Below are positions 8,079 through 18,206 of a stretch of 64,000 nucleotides of DNA, in pieces; positions within the stretch are counted from its first letter, which is position 1, and every line of letters begins with the position of its first letter. Under the pieces are notes generated by a model that saw only the letters and a program-made list of their open reading frames with translations, was not told the origin of the DNA and ran no database searches. Location of the stretch: the NCBI GenBank assembly GCA_964483455.1, contig CAZACK010000014.1, positions 815 through 64,814 of the forward strand. Direction: 5' to 3'. Both the position numbers and the translations under genes were made by a program. This DNA is from an uncultured Solibacteraceae bacterium. Its GTDB lineage: Bacteria; Acidobacteriota; Terriglobia; Bryobacterales; Bryobacteraceae.

Positions 8079-8762
8079 TCACCTCAGATAAAACAAGCTC
8101 AGCCGCGGCAGCCCGGCCGATTCGAGCAGCCGCCTCTCCAGGTACTGCTTTTCGAGCATGGCAAGCTGATCGGCGGTCATTTTCCCGCGATAGGGCCTCA
8201 GCTCGCGATCCAGCTCCCTCCGCGCCGCCAGCAGGTCCTCTTCCGTCCGATCGCTTCGCGCCGCCGCCACCATCTTTTCTTCGAGCACCGTCAGGCGCCG
8301 CTCCAGTTCCTCCAGGTCCTGATAGTGCGCTTCGGCCTCGGCCGCGAGCCGTTCGAGCGTTGCCGCGATCTCCCGGAATGCCGCCTCGGTCCGCGCCCGG
8401 AGCTGTTCGGCGTTGTGCTCGAGATAGCCGCGCAGCTCTTCCAGCTCGAACGGCGCCGGTGCCGGCTTGCGCGCCGGGCGCGCGCCCGCCATCACTTCCG
8501 CCTCGGCCATCACCGCCTGCGTGCAGTATGCTAGCGAGTTGACCATTCGCGTCCGAATCTTGCGCCCGCGCCATTTCTCAAACGCGATGTCGATGCCGCG
8601 AAGCACCGCTTCCAGCGGAACGCCCGCGTTCTTCCAGCTTTCGATCAGCGCCCAGTCGAGCGGCGACATCAGGAAGAGTCCCGTGCCGCGGGCCCTCTGG
8701 AAATGCTCCTCGATCTCGGTGAAGTAATTGAAGTAGTTGAACTGCCAGTTCTCTTCGCTCAC
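8079..8762 (-). CDS. conserved hypothetical protein (DnaD/DnaB_2-like N-terminal motif plus coiled coil)
   Basis: 227 aa. GTG start overlaps the coaX stop (GTGA). N-terminal LSPLDWALIESWKNAGVPLEAVLRGIDIAF resembles DnaD-type repeats. The C-terminal half is heptad-rich. Confidence 0.6.
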   Translation of the reverse strand: MSEENWQFNYFNYFTEIEEHFQRARGTGLFLMSPLDWALIESWKNAGVPLEAVLRGIDIAFEKWRGRKIRTRMVNSLAYCTQAVMAEAEVMAGARPARKPAPAPFELEELRGYLEHNAEQLRARTEAAFREIAATLERLAAEAEAHYQDLEELERRLTVLEEKMVAAARSDRTEEDLLAARRELDRELRPYRGKMTADQLAMLEKQYLERRLLESAGLPRLSLFYLR

Positions 8763-9529
8763 TGGGAATGGGTCCTCTCCCAGATGATGCGCAGCCCCTC
8801 GAGGGTCAGGTTCTCATCGACCTCCGTCAGGTGCCGCGATCCCTTGACAATCAGGTGCGCCTGCCCGCCGGTGGCGATGGCGCGCGTCTGGGGCCCAAGC
8901 TCGTCGATCAGCCGCTCGAGGATGCCGTCGATCATCCCGATGGCGCCATAGAACAAGCCGGACTGCATGCTGCCGACGGTGTTCGTGCCGATGAGCTTTT
9001 CCGGCTCGCGGAAGTCCACCAGCGGCAGGCGCGCGGTCTTCGCGAACAAGCCCTCGACCGAAATGCCGATGCCGGGACAGATCACACCGCCCAGGTAGCG
9101 CCCGCTCGCCGACACCGCGTCGAAGGTGATCGCCGTGCCGAAATCGACCACCACGCACGGCCCGCCGTACTTGTGAAACGCCGCCACCCCGTTGACAATC
9201 CGGTCCGCCCCCACCTCGTTCGGGTTGTCGTAGGAGATCTTCAGACCCGTGTCGGTGGACGGAGTGACGAACATCGCCTGCGTGCGGAAGTATTTCTCGG
9301 CCATCTGCGCCAGCGTCGAGTCAAGCGGCGGAACGACGCTGGCGACGATGATGCCGTCCACGTCCTCCAGACGCAGCGACGACAGCGAGAACAAATTCCG
9401 CAGCAGGATGCCCCACTCGTCGGCGGTCTGGTCGAGGACGGTGCGAAGGCGCCAGTGCCCGGTCAGCTCCGGGCCGGTAAACGCGCCGATGGTAATGTTG
9501 GTGTTTCCCGCGTCAAGCGCCAGCAGCAT
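8759..9529 (-). CDS. coaX: type III pantothenate kinase
   Basis: 256 aa with LLALDAGNTNI, DRIVN, VVDFGTA and TGG motifs typical of CoaX. Confidence 0.9.
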   Translation of the reverse strand: MLLALDAGNTNITIGAFTGPELTGHWRLRTVLDQTADEWGILLRNLFSLSSLRLEDVDGIIVASVVPPLDSTLAQMAEKYFRTQAMFVTPSTDTGLKISYDNPNEVGADRIVNGVAAFHKYGGPCVVVDFGTAITFDAVSASGRYLGGVICPGIGISVEGLFAKTARLPLVDFREPEKLIGTNTVGSMQSGLFYGAIGMIDGILERLIDELGPQTRAIATGGQAHLIVKGSRHLTEVDENLTLEGLRIIWERTHSQ

Positions 9530-10280
9530 AAGGCCTCACCCCTCCCGCCAGGATCAAGCTCCGCGTTCCGTCATCCCGCCGCAACACCAGAAAGCCCGAC
9601 GGATCGAGGCCGTCGGTTACGCCGGTGAGCGTCGCGCCGTCCTGATCCACCTTGACCCGCCGTCCGGTCACGTAGCTCGATGCCTGGCTGAACAGCCGGA
9701 GGATCTGCTCCTTACCGTCTTCGGCCAGAATCCTTGAGAAGGCGTCGATGGATTCGGCGAGCGCGACCAGCAGGTCCTCGCGCGAATGCATCCGTCCGGA
9801 GCGGATGCGAAGCGACGTGGCGATGCCGGCCAGCTCCTCGGGCATCCGCTCGTGGTTGACGTTGATGCCGATGCCGGCGATCACCGCGCCGTCGGCAAGC
9901 TGCGTCAGAATGCCGGCGCACTTGCGGCCCTCGATCAGCACGTCGTTCGGCCAGCGGAGATCGCAAGCCAGGCCGGCCGCGCGCTGGATCGCGTCCGCGG
10001 CCGCCAGCCCCAGAGCCAGCGTCAGCGCGGGCAGAGAGTCCGGAGGCAGCGCCGGCCGCAGAACCACCGAGCAGTACAGACCGCTCTCGCGCTCGGAGTG
10101 CCAGTCTCGTCCGTAACGGCCGTGCCCGGCGGTCTGCTCCTCCGCCAGCACGAGAGTTCCCGAAGCGCAACCCTGGGCGGCGAGGAACTCGGCCTCCGTC
10201 ATCGTCGAACCGACGGTGTCAAACCAGACGACGTCGCGTCCGGGGAGCCGCTCGCGGATCCGCCTGATGTCCAGCGGCAT
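9513..10280 (-). CDS. birA: biotin--[acetyl-CoA-carboxylase] ligase (group I, no N-terminal HTH)
   Basis: 255 aa from MPLDIRRIRE. GHGRYGRDW (GRGRxGRxW motif), KWPND-like RWPNDV. The longer ORF to 11030 is a non-protein-like extension overlapping nadC. Confidence 0.85.
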   Translation of the reverse strand: MPLDIRRIRERLPGRDVVWFDTVGSTMTEAEFLAAQGCASGTLVLAEEQTAGHGRYGRDWHSERESGLYCSVVLRPALPPDSLPALTLALGLAAADAIQRAAGLACDLRWPNDVLIEGRKCAGILTQLADGAVIAGIGINVNHERMPEELAGIATSLRIRSGRMHSREDLLVALAESIDAFSRILAEDGKEQILRLFSQASSYVTGRRVKVDQDGATLTGVTDGLDPSGFLVLRRDDGTRSLILAGGVRPYAAGA

Positions 10281-10282
10281 GG

Positions 10283-11122
10283 TCAGGCGAGCTCCAATTG
10301 GAAGTTGATGTCCACGGCGGCCGCCGAGTGCGTGATGGCGCCGGCGGAAACGTAGTCGGCGCCTGCCTCGGCGTACGCCCGGACGTTGTCGAGCGAGATT
10401 CCGCCTGACAGCTCGACGGTCGCGCGGCCGGCGATGAACCGGATCTCCTCGGCGGCCTGCTCGGGCGTGAAGTTGTCGAGCAGCAAGTTCTTCGCCCCGG
10501 AGGCGAGCGCTTCCTCGATCTCCTCGCGGGTGCGCACCTCGATCTGGACGGGCGCGCCGGTTGGCAGGGCGCGTTCGAGCGCGGCCCGGACGCCGCCGGC
10601 GGCGACGATGTGGTTGTTCTTGATCAGGATGGCGTCGTACAGGCCCATGCGGTGATTGCGGACGCCGCCGGCGGCCGCGGCCTGCTTCTCCAGGCGGCGC
10701 AACCCCGGCGTCGTCTTGCGCGTATCGAGGACGCGGCACTTCGTTCCGGCGACGGCATCGGCATAGCGGCGGGCCAGGGTGGCGACGCCGCTGAGCCGCT
10801 GGAGGAAATTCAGCGCCACGCGCTCGCATTCGAGCAGAATCCGCGCCGGTCCGGAAACGGTGGCCAGAATCCGGCCCGGCTCGAGGAACTCGCCGCTGGA
10901 GACGGCGAGGTCCAGCGCATCCACGCCGCCGCGAAGCCGGTAAATGACCGGTAGCAACTCGACTCCGGCGGCGACGAGGGGCTGTCGCGCCACGAACCGG
11001 CCGCATGCCTTGCAACCGGCCGGCACGCACGCCAAAGAAGTGATGTCGCCCGTGCCGATGTCTTCTTCGAGGGCGCGGCGGACGGCCTCGACGATGTCCG
11101 GATGCGTCGCGTCGAAGTTCAT
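10283..11122 (-). CDS. nadC: nicotinate-nucleotide diphosphorylase (carboxylating)
   Basis: 279 aa from [31 protein letters not shown] and NNH motifs. The ATG overlaps the valS stop (ATGA). Confidence 0.9.
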   Translation of the reverse strand: MNFDATHPDIVEAVRRALEEDIGTGDITSLACVPAGCKACGRFVARQPLVAAGVELLPVIYRLRGGVDALDLAVSSGEFLEPGRILATVSGPARILLECERVALNFLQRLSGVATLARRYADAVAGTKCRVLDTRKTTPGLRRLEKQAAAAGGVRNHRMGLYDAILIKNNHIVAAGGVRAALERALPTGAPVQIEVRTREEIEEALASGAKNLLLDNFTPEQAAEEIRFIAGRATVELSGGISLDNVRAYAEAGADYVSAGAITHSAAAVDINFQLELA

Positions 11123-13758
11123 GCGGTCAGAAGGGATTCGAGCGCGGCCCGGCTCTTGGCGAGCTGCGCCTCGTAGCCGGCCAGCTTCGCGCGGATGCCT
11201 TCGGTGACGTGGGCCGGCGCGCGGCTCACGAACTCGCCGTCGGCGAGCTGCCGGCGCGAGTTGGCGATCACCTTCTCGAGGTTCAGGATCTCTCTTTCGA
11301 GGCGTTGGCGCTGCGCCTCGGACTGCGCCGCCGGCACGCGGAGCGCCAGGTCGAACTCCGGTGTGGACCGCAGCGGGGCGGCGCCCTTCGGGGCGTGTCC
11401 GGGGCGCAGCTCGAGCCTGACCCCGGCGAGCTTCTCGATCACATCGGCGTGGGCGCGAGCCAGAGGCAGCGCCGTGGCGGAGTACAAGGCCCCGTCGAGG
11501 CGCGCTTTCGGGTCGAGCTTCATGTCGGCCCGGAGGTTGCGGGCGGCGGTGATGATTTCCTGAAGCAGTATCATCTCCCGCTCGGCGGCTTCGTCGGTCC
11601 AGCCGGGCTCGGGCTGCGGGAAAGCCGCGAGCGCGACGGAGGCAGTCCGCTGGTTTGCGCCGGCGGCCAGCCGCTGCCACAGCTCCTCGGTCAGAAACGG
11701 CATCACCGGATGGAGCAGCCGCAGCGCCCGCTCGAAGACCGCCAGCACGTTGCGCCAGTCGTTCGTCAACCCCGAGTTTTCCTGAAACCGAAGCTTCTTG
11801 ATTTCGACGTACCAGTCGCAGAACTCGTGCCAGAAAAACTGCCACAGCGTCTGCGCCGCCTCGTGGTAGCGGTAGTTTTCGATGGCCCGATTGACCGCTG
11901 CGGCGCAGCGGTTGAGGCGGCTGAAGATCCAGCGGTCTTCGAGGAAAGTCCGCTCGCCGGGCTCGGGGAGGGACGGCGCGACCCCGGAGCGCTCCATGTT
12001 CAGAAAGAGGAAGCGCGCGGCGTTCCAGATCTTGTTGGCGAACGCGCGGGCGCTGGCGAGGCGCTCGGGCGAGAAGACGATATCGGTTCCCGGCGCCGCG
12101 CCGAGCAGCAGCGCCAGCCGGACGGCGTCGGTTCCGTATTCCTCGGTGACGTGCAGCGGATCGATGACGTTGCCGCGCGTCTTGGACATTTTCTGCTTCT
12201 CGGCGTCGCGCACCAGGCCGTGGATGTAGACCTCGCGGAAGGGCACGTCGCCCACGCACTCCAGGCCCATCATGATCATCCGGGCGACCCAGAAGAAAAG
12301 GATGTCGAAGCCGGTGATGAGCAGCGAGGTCGGGTAGAACGTGCGCAGGTCTTCGGTTTGGTCCGGCCAGCCGAGCGTCGAGAACGGCCAGAGCGCGGAG
12401 CTGAACCATGTGTCGAGCACGTCCGGGTCCTGCTCGATCTTCGCCGAGCCGCACCGCGCGCACGCCGCCGGGTTCTCGCGCGCCACCGTGGCGCCGCCGC
12501 AGGCGGCGCAGTGCCACGCCGGGATGCGATGGCCCCACCAGAGCTGCCGCGAGATGCACCAGTCGCGGATGTTGTACATCCACTCGAAGTACGTCTTCGT
12601 CCAGTTCTCCGGGATGAAGCGGATGCGCCCGTCCTCGACGGCCCGGATGGCCGGCTCGGCGAGCGGCTTCATCTTGGCGAACCATTGCGTGGAGATGAGC
12701 GGCTCGACGGCGGTCTTGCAGCGGTAGCACCGGCCGAGGGCCAGCGTGTACGGCTCGATCTTCTCGAGCAGGCCGAGATCCTCCAGATCGGCGACCACGC
12801 GTTTGCGGGCATCGAAGCGATCCAGGCCGGCGTAGGCGCCCGCTTCGGCGGTCATCATGCCGGTCTCGCCGATGACCTGGATCTTCGGGAGGTTGTGGCG
12901 GCGGCCGGCCTCGAAATCGTTGGGATCGTGGGCGGGGGTCACCTTGACCACTCCGGTGCCGAACTGCGGGTCGGCCAGTTCGTCGAGGATCACCGGGATG
13001 TCGCGGTTCATCAGCGGCAGGCGCACCGTCCTGCCTTGCAGGCCGCAGTAACGCTCGTCGTTCGGATTGACGGCGACGGCGGTGTCGCCGAGCATCGTCT
13101 CGGGCCGCGTGGTGGCGACGACGAGATGCCGGTCGGCGCCGTTCACCGGGTAGCGGATGTGCCAGAGGTTGCCGGAGGTTTCCTCGCGGACCACTTCGAG
13201 GTCGGACAGCGCCGTATGACAGCGTGGGCACCAGTTCACCATGTACTCGCCGCGGTAGATGAGCCCCTTCTCGTAGAGGCGGACGAAGACCTCGCGCACG
13301 GCGCGCGACAGCCCGGCGTCGAGGGTGAAGCGCTCGCGGCTCCAGTCGCAGCTTGCGCCGATCTGGATCATTTGCTTCTTGATTGTGCCGCCGGACTGCT
13401 CCTTCCACTGCCAGACGCGGCGTTCGAATTCCTCGCGGCCGAGCTGCCGGCGGTCGAGTCCCTCTTTGGCCAGCTCCCGCTCGACGACCATCTGCGTCCC
13501 GATGCCTGCGTGGTCGGTGCCGGGCAGCCAGAGGGTGTTGTCTCCGCGCATCCGATGCCACCGGATGGTCACGTCGATCTCGGTGTGTTCGAGCATGTGC
13601 CCCATGTGGAGCGATCCGGTGACATTCGGCGGCGGGATTACGAGGGAAAAAACGCGGCCGGCCGCGTCAGGCGAGGCGCGGAAGATGTCGGATTCGATCC
13701 ACGACTGAGCCCAGCGCGGCTCGAACCGCTGCGGCTCATAGACTTTCTCAATTTGCAT
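11119..13758 (-). CDS. valS: valine--tRNA ligase
   Basis: 879 aa with HIGH motif ([13 protein letters not shown]), KMSKS motif (KMSKTRGN) and a C-terminal coiled coil. Confidence 0.95.
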   Translation of the reverse strand: MQIEKVYEPQRFEPRWAQSWIESDIFRASPDAAGRVFSLVIPPPNVTGSLHMGHMLEHTEIDVTIRWHRMRGDNTLWLPGTDHAGIGTQMVVERELAKEGLDRRQLGREEFERRVWQWKEQSGGTIKKQMIQIGASCDWSRERFTLDAGLSRAVREVFVRLYEKGLIYRGEYMVNWCPRCHTALSDLEVVREETSGNLWHIRYPVNGADRHLVVATTRPETMLGDTAVAVNPNDERYCGLQGRTVRLPLMNRDIPVILDELADPQFGTGVVKVTPAHDPNDFEAGRRHNLPKIQVIGETGMMTAEAGAYAGLDRFDARKRVVADLEDLGLLEKIEPYTLALGRCYRCKTAVEPLISTQWFAKMKPLAEPAIRAVEDGRIRFIPENWTKTYFEWMYNIRDWCISRQLWWGHRIPAWHCAACGGATVARENPAACARCGSAKIEQDPDVLDTWFSSALWPFSTLGWPDQTEDLRTFYPTSLLITGFDILFFWVARMIMMGLECVGDVPFREVYIHGLVRDAEKQKMSKTRGNVIDPLHVTEEYGTDAVRLALLLGAAPGTDIVFSPERLASARAFANKIWNAARFLFLNMERSGVAPSLPEPGERTFLEDRWIFSRLNRCAAAVNRAIENYRYHEAAQTLWQFFWHEFCDWYVEIKKLRFQENSGLTNDWRNVLAVFERALRLLHPVMPFLTEELWQRLAAGANQRTASVALAAFPQPEPGWTDEAAEREMILLQEIITAARNLRADMKLDPKARLDGALYSATALPLARAHADVIEKLAGVRLELRPGHAPKGAAPLRSTPEFDLALRVPAAQSEAQRQRLEREILNLEKVIANSRRQLADGEFVSRAPAHVTEGIRAKLAGYEAQLAKSRAALESLLTA

Positions 13759-14198
13759 GGGGGAATTCTCAATATAGCGTGGCGCGAACGCATGTGTCCT
13801 TTTGGCCCGACAACAGGGTACCAGCCTGACGCGTTCCCGGGGTCTCAGACCTGGCGACTTTGCACGAAGAAAGATGACGAAACGAACCCGAGATTCCTCC
13901 TAAATTGTTGATTTGATTGCCAAAATATCGACGGAGGCACGGTGAGGCCACCGGGAGCGTCCATCCCGTGCTCCACCCGACGCCATGATACACCCGCGAT
14001 CCGAGGACGGATTTTGGGTGATGGCTACAAGTTATTGAACACAATAGGGATGCTGATTTGACATGCGCCGTGACCGCATCAGGCTTTTGGCCCGAAATCG
14101 CGGACTATGGTGCCCGGACATGGCCAACAGCCCTTGTCGCGCCGGGCTCATCGGATTCCGAACCTGTCCGACTCGGCTGGCCTTTCGAATTCAAGGCG

Positions 14199-14903
14199 TC
14201 ATTGGGGATACTGGCGCCGAATCTGCATGACCGCCACCTTGCCAGACCCCGCCGGCCGCTGGTTTTCGCGATGTAGCAAGCGGGCCACCAGGTTACGATG
14301 CATACGCTTCGCCTCCGCTGGGTCGAACAACAGCCGGCCCTGGGCCGCGCCTTCCGTCTCCGGTCTGCCCCACGGACAACACATGATACCCACAGCGGCG
14401 TGTCCTGGCGTGCCGAGCAGAAGGTGCCCCAGTTCATGTGCCATGAGATGCCCGAGCAAGATGACCGTGAACGATTCGCTCCCGTTGGCCAACAAGTCCG
14501 CGCCGCCTGCATATACATCGGCGTAAGTGCCGCAGCCGCCCCCTTCCGGAATCAAAGCGTAGCCGAATATACGCGACCGGCCCAGGAGAGCCGTGGGCGC
14601 AATACCGGGACGTAGCCGGAGCACCAGTCCCAGGAATTCCGGCAGGTCCACGCAGTCCGGATACTTGTCCACTTCAGAGCCCGTCAGCGGACAATCGACC
14701 CACTTGGCTCCTATGCCCGCCCGGCCGAGGATTCGACCCGCCTCCTCCTTGGCCCGCGCCAACGCCGCGCCGTCGATCCCGGCGTAGTTGTAAATCCAAA
14801 CCGTGATCTGGGGCTGTGTCGGCTTCTCAGTTGAGAGTGCGTTTGCCGCCAGCAGAAAACCCGGAATCCAGAAATTCCTGAAAACCCTGGCCATTTGGCT
14901 CAC
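14199..14903 (-). CDS. secreted hypothetical protein with HExxH zinc-metallopeptidase motif
   Basis: 234 aa with an N-terminal signal-like segment (FWIPGFLLAANALS) and HLMAHELGHLLLG containing HExxH. Confidence 0.65.
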   Translation of the reverse strand: MSQMARVFRNFWIPGFLLAANALSTEKPTQPQITVWIYNYAGIDGAALARAKEEAGRILGRAGIGAKWVDCPLTGSEVDKYPDCVDLPEFLGLVLRLRPGIAPTALLGRSRIFGYALIPEGGGCGTYADVYAGGADLLANGSESFTVILLGHLMAHELGHLLLGTPGHAAVGIMCCPWGRPETEGAAQGRLLFDPAEAKRMHRNLVARLLHRENQRPAGSGKVAVMQIRRQYPQ

Positions 14904-15136
14904 CTCCGCGCTTTCGCGACGCGAGCCCAGGATTGGCCAGGTGAGCCGGTACCTCCATCGGGCGGGTCCTCAGGAGTTCCTCAACTGTCAGTCAGTCGAT
15001 CAACACTACCCAACTTATTGATGAAACATGAGTTGTTCATCGTGGTCATCAAGGGAGAGGGACCTTGGAAAGGCCGGACGGGTTGGTGTAATCCGCCCAA
15101 GTCGTCAAGGGCGAGACGTCTCGAGACGTCATCCGG

Positions 15137-15445
15137 GTGGTGATGGCTGAAAACGGGGAGCGCTTCGGAGTGTTCGAAGTAGACCTTCGGGCTGGGGAGT
15201 TGCGCGAAAACGGGCTGAAGAACCGCAACCAGGAGCAGCCTCTACAGATTCTGGCCGCCTTGCATGAGCGCCCAGGAGGCGTTGTCACCCGAGAGGATCC
15301 GCGCCGGAGGCTGTGGCCATGGATACCTTGGTGGACTTCGACGGCAGCCTGAACGCGGCCTTGAACAAGTTGCGGGAAGCGGTGACCGTCTGCGTTATTG
15401 TCGCGATGTGGCCGGGGGAACACGGCTTCCGGGGCGCCGGTTCAG
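15137..15445 (+). pseudogene. frameshifted, truncated copy of a CadC/OmpR-type winged-helix domain (paralogue of the N-terminus of 15548-17710)
   Basis: Frame 2 reads ERFGVFEVDLRAGELRENGLKNRNQEQPLQILAALHERPGGVVTREDPRRRLWP, 38 of 54 residues identical by eye to the intact regulator. It continues in frame 1 as MDTLVDFDGSLNAALNKLREA and then needs further shifts (GDRLRY / VAMWPGEHGFRG). No TM or propeller part follows. Confidence 0.6.
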
Positions 15446-15547
15446 AGCTTCACATGGGCTCCGGAAGAAGCAACACTCTCTCGATTCGCCTGATGCGAAG
15501 AAACCTCGCCGGTGGGGTGCGGTGTGTGGACACAGTACTGCGCCCGA

Positions 15548-17710
15548 TCAGGGTGTATCCTGCTTGCGGTCCTTGAACTCGGAGAACCAGTTCTGGACCA
15601 CCCGGATCACCGGCCTGGGAGGTTCGCCGGTGCGTTCGGCGATCAGAAAGCGCTGTCCGTCTGCGGAAACCGCGTACCTCTGACGGTATGTGGTCGCGAC
15701 GCGGCCCGGCGTCAAGCCGGTGTTCTGAAAAAGCCGCCTTGCTGGCCCTAACGAGAAATCAGGTGCGGTCGTGACCGGAACCGCTACCAGCGTCTCGCCC
15801 TCGACATAGAACAATTCCTTTCCGTCCGCCCGCCAGCGTGGCTGGTCACCACCATTGAGGGAAACCTGCCGTTTGCCGCTGCCGTCCGGGAAGCGGCGAA
15901 CGTAGACTTCTTCCTCGTTCCCGGACTCATCGGAGACATAGGCGAGAAAACGCGTGTCCGGAGAAAATGCCGCCTTAGCTTCACTGAACGGCGTTTGGAG
16001 GAACGGAACGGATTCATAGCCGCCGCCGTCCTTGCGCTTCAGATACCAGAGATCGGCTCGGTTCCTTGGGTCCATGACCTGGTAGGCGAAGTATCTGACG
16101 TCCGAGGACCAGTCGCACACCTGCTCGGGCAGAAGTGAGGCAACGAGCGGCTTCGCTTCCCCGCTGCCGTCGCCGGGCATACGGAAGATGTCCAGGTTTC
16201 CCTGCCGATCCGATTGAAACGTGATTTCCTTCCCGCCGGGCAGCCAGATTGGACGGGTGTCGTGCGCCTCGGCGAATGTCAGCCGTGACTTGTTGCCGCG
16301 AGCGACGTCGTGAAGCCAAATGTCCGGCCGGGCCCCCTCCCAAGCTCCGGCGGCCACGGTGCTCCCGTCAGGAGAGATCGAGAAGGCGGTGATTCCACGT
16401 TGTGGCTGCCCGACCGCTCCCACTTTGGTTCCCGTTCCATCCCGCCAGGTCAGTTGGTCCAGCGACAAGAACTCGCGTTCAAGGTAGACCAGCGTGCCGT
16501 CACGGGCAACGCTGGGCTTCGAGCCCCCTCGGGCGACGGGGAACGGCTCACCCGTAACGTTGAGCGTCGCCACGGAGAAAGGCAGTGCGTTCAGCCCATC
16601 GTAGAGGACGTGTCCGGTCGGCGAATAAGCCGGCGCGACTGCGCCCGTGGCTACAACCTTCCGCTGTCCCGTTTTCAGGGAGTGGACCACAATCTCGTGG
16701 GTGGCCCCGCGCTTCTGCGACGCATACAGGAGAACGCGGCTGCCGGCCGGCGACGGCAGGAACGATGGATTGTCGTAGTGATCTCCTTTTCCTGGACCAC
16801 GCTCCACTTCCACGATCAGCTTGGGGGCGCCTCCCTGAGCCGGAACTTCGTAGAGTCCTTGGCGGAGGATGGCATAAACGATCGACTCGCCGTCCGGGCT
16901 CCACGCGCCCCCGAGGAAGTCCTCCGCGGGGAGGCGACAGATGGCAGTCAGGTTACCGGTTTGGGCCTGTGCCTTCCGCAACTCGCGCCCGGCAGCGAAG
17001 CCGACATGCTCGCTGTCGGGTGACCAGAACGGCCCCTGGGCGCCCTCGCTGTTCGTTATCGCCCGGGGCCCGATGCTTTCCAGGTCCTGTATCCACAGCC
17101 TTCTTTCAGACGCTTCTCCGGCGACATAGGCGATATGCCTTCCGTCGGGCGAGATCGCCGGTGCGGCGGGATTTCCTTCCGGGGCGAAGGTGAACTTCCG
17201 CACCGGCATCTTCGGAGCAGCGCCGGGCCGGCTGAGCCACAGGGCCACAATGATCCCCACAGCCGCCACCAGCGCTGCGATGAACGCGATTCTTTCCCGA
17301 CTCAGGCGGGGAGATGCCTCGCGGGGCGGCGCCGGTGGCCGTTCCATCTCCACCGCCGGCTCGCCGCCAACCGGTTCCACCGGGGCGATGAACCGGTAGC
17401 CGCGCCGCGGAAGGGTTTCCACATAGCGCGGCGCCTCGGCCGAATCCCCAAGTGTCTCCCGCAGCTTGTTGATCGCGGTGTTCAGGCTGTGGTCGAAATT
17501 TACGAACGTGTCCTTCGGCCACAATTTGAGGCGCAGGTCCTCTCGCGTGACGAGCTCTCCGGGCCGCTCCAACAACAGCGCTAATAGTTGTAAGGGTTGC
17601 TCCTGGATGCGAAGCTTCAGGCCGCTCTTGCGCAGGTCGCCGGTCTGGAGATCGACCTCGAAAACGCCGAAGCGGACCCCTCGTGCGAAGGCAGGCAGCT
17701 TTCCCATCAC
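15548..17710 (-). CDS. CadC/OmpR-family winged-helix transcriptional regulator fused to a TM segment and TolB-like (PD40) beta-propeller
   Basis: 720 aa. N-terminal trans_reg_C-like domain (..LLALLLERPGELVTREDL..RYVETLPRRGYRF), one TM (IAFIAALVAAVGIIVALWL), then repeated SPDG/W.PDG propeller blades. Confidence 0.85.
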   Translation of the reverse strand: MMGKLPAFARGVRFGVFEVDLQTGDLRKSGLKLRIQEQPLQLLALLLERPGELVTREDLRLKLWPKDTFVNFDHSLNTAINKLRETLGDSAEAPRYVETLPRRGYRFIAPVEPVGGEPAVEMERPPAPPREASPRLSRERIAFIAALVAAVGIIVALWLSRPGAAPKMPVRKFTFAPEGNPAAPAISPDGRHIAYVAGEASERRLWIQDLESIGPRAITNSEGAQGPFWSPDSEHVGFAAGRELRKAQAQTGNLTAICRLPAEDFLGGAWSPDGESIVYAILRQGLYEVPAQGGAPKLIVEVERGPGKGDHYDNPSFLPSPAGSRVLLYASQKRGATHEIVVHSLKTGQRKVVATGAVAPAYSPTGHVLYDGLNALPFSVATLNVTGEPFPVARGGSKPSVARDGTLVYLEREFLSLDQLTWRDGTGTKVGAVGQPQRGITAFSISPDGSTVAAGAWEGARPDIWLHDVARGNKSRLTFAEAHDTRPIWLPGGKEITFQSDRQGNLDIFRMPGDGSGEAKPLVASLLPEQVCDWSSDVRYFAYQVMDPRNRADLWYLKRKDGGGYESVPFLQTPFSEAKAAFSPDTRFLAYVSDESGNEEEVYVRRFPDGSGKRQVSLNGGDQPRWRADGKELFYVEGETLVAVPVTTAPDFSLGPARRLFQNTGLTPGRVATTYRQRYAVSADGQRFLIAERTGEPPRPVIRVVQNWFSEFKDRKQDTP

Positions 17711-18166
17711 TCAACTCCTGGGCGACCGTGGACCGTATGGATGGACCCGATTATAGCACCTAAGTATGCTCTGATTCGGAACAAATCGAGGTACACGGGC
17801 GCCCGCCGAAAGCGGGCCCATCGGCACACTTAGAGTAGGGGAACCCAATGAACGATCACGGCAGGCTGCACGAGGACAATCGGCGGAATCGACCTCGACG
17901 CCTGCCGCTTGACAGAAGCTTTCGCCCTGATGCCCCGTCTCCGCCAGGACCAATGCTTGAGACGTCTGCGCAGTGAGAGCTAAGACCGGATCGCAAACTC
18001 ACGAGTATCCTGATTGCCAGCCTGGCTCGGAACAAGTTCGATCCATCGACCGTGCCGGTAACTATGTTCGACAGGGGGAATTCATACAAACTGGATACTG
18101 GATCCGAACGCCCGACCTGCATTGATGCCGGACTGCTGGATTGCTTTGTCCAAGACTAAAGCCTCC

Positions 18167-18180
18167 CCGTGCGCGCACGG
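18167..18180 (-). terminator. perfect 14-bp palindrome CCGTGCGCGCACGG downstream of the CRTAC1-like gene (weak terminator candidate)
   Basis: Located 27 nt after the stop at 18207. On the minus strand it is followed by GGAGGCTTTAG, only a short T-run. Confidence 0.35.
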
Positions 18181-18206
18181 AATCCGGCCTGGCAGGAAAC
18201 AACACC

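Noticed and set aside
10283-13561. 1092-aa minus-strand ORF, and the 505-aa ORF at 9513-11030
   Set aside because: Only their 3' portions (nadC from 11122, birA from 10280) look like proteins. The upstream parts are out-of-frame read-through across valS or nadC with Arg/Pro-rich nonsense.
13759-13900. T-box leader upstream of valS
   Set aside because: No specifier-loop or T-box consensus (AATTAGAGTGGTACCGCG-like) was recognisable, and the distance from the -10-like box to the ATG is very short.
11209-13911. 900-aa plus-strand ORF opposite valS, and similar long antisense ORFs at 5869-7461, 24659-25960, 26015-27556, 34184-36022, 43577-45736 and 60479-62128
   Set aside because: Each overlaps a gene with unambiguous conserved motifs on the other strand and has non-protein-like composition. 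I treat them as GC-driven open frames.
13769-14044. 91-aa ORF upstream of valS
   Set aside because: No start context, unusual composition (Cys/Ser/Gly-rich), and it lies in a low-GC intergenic stretch. It is more likely non-coding.
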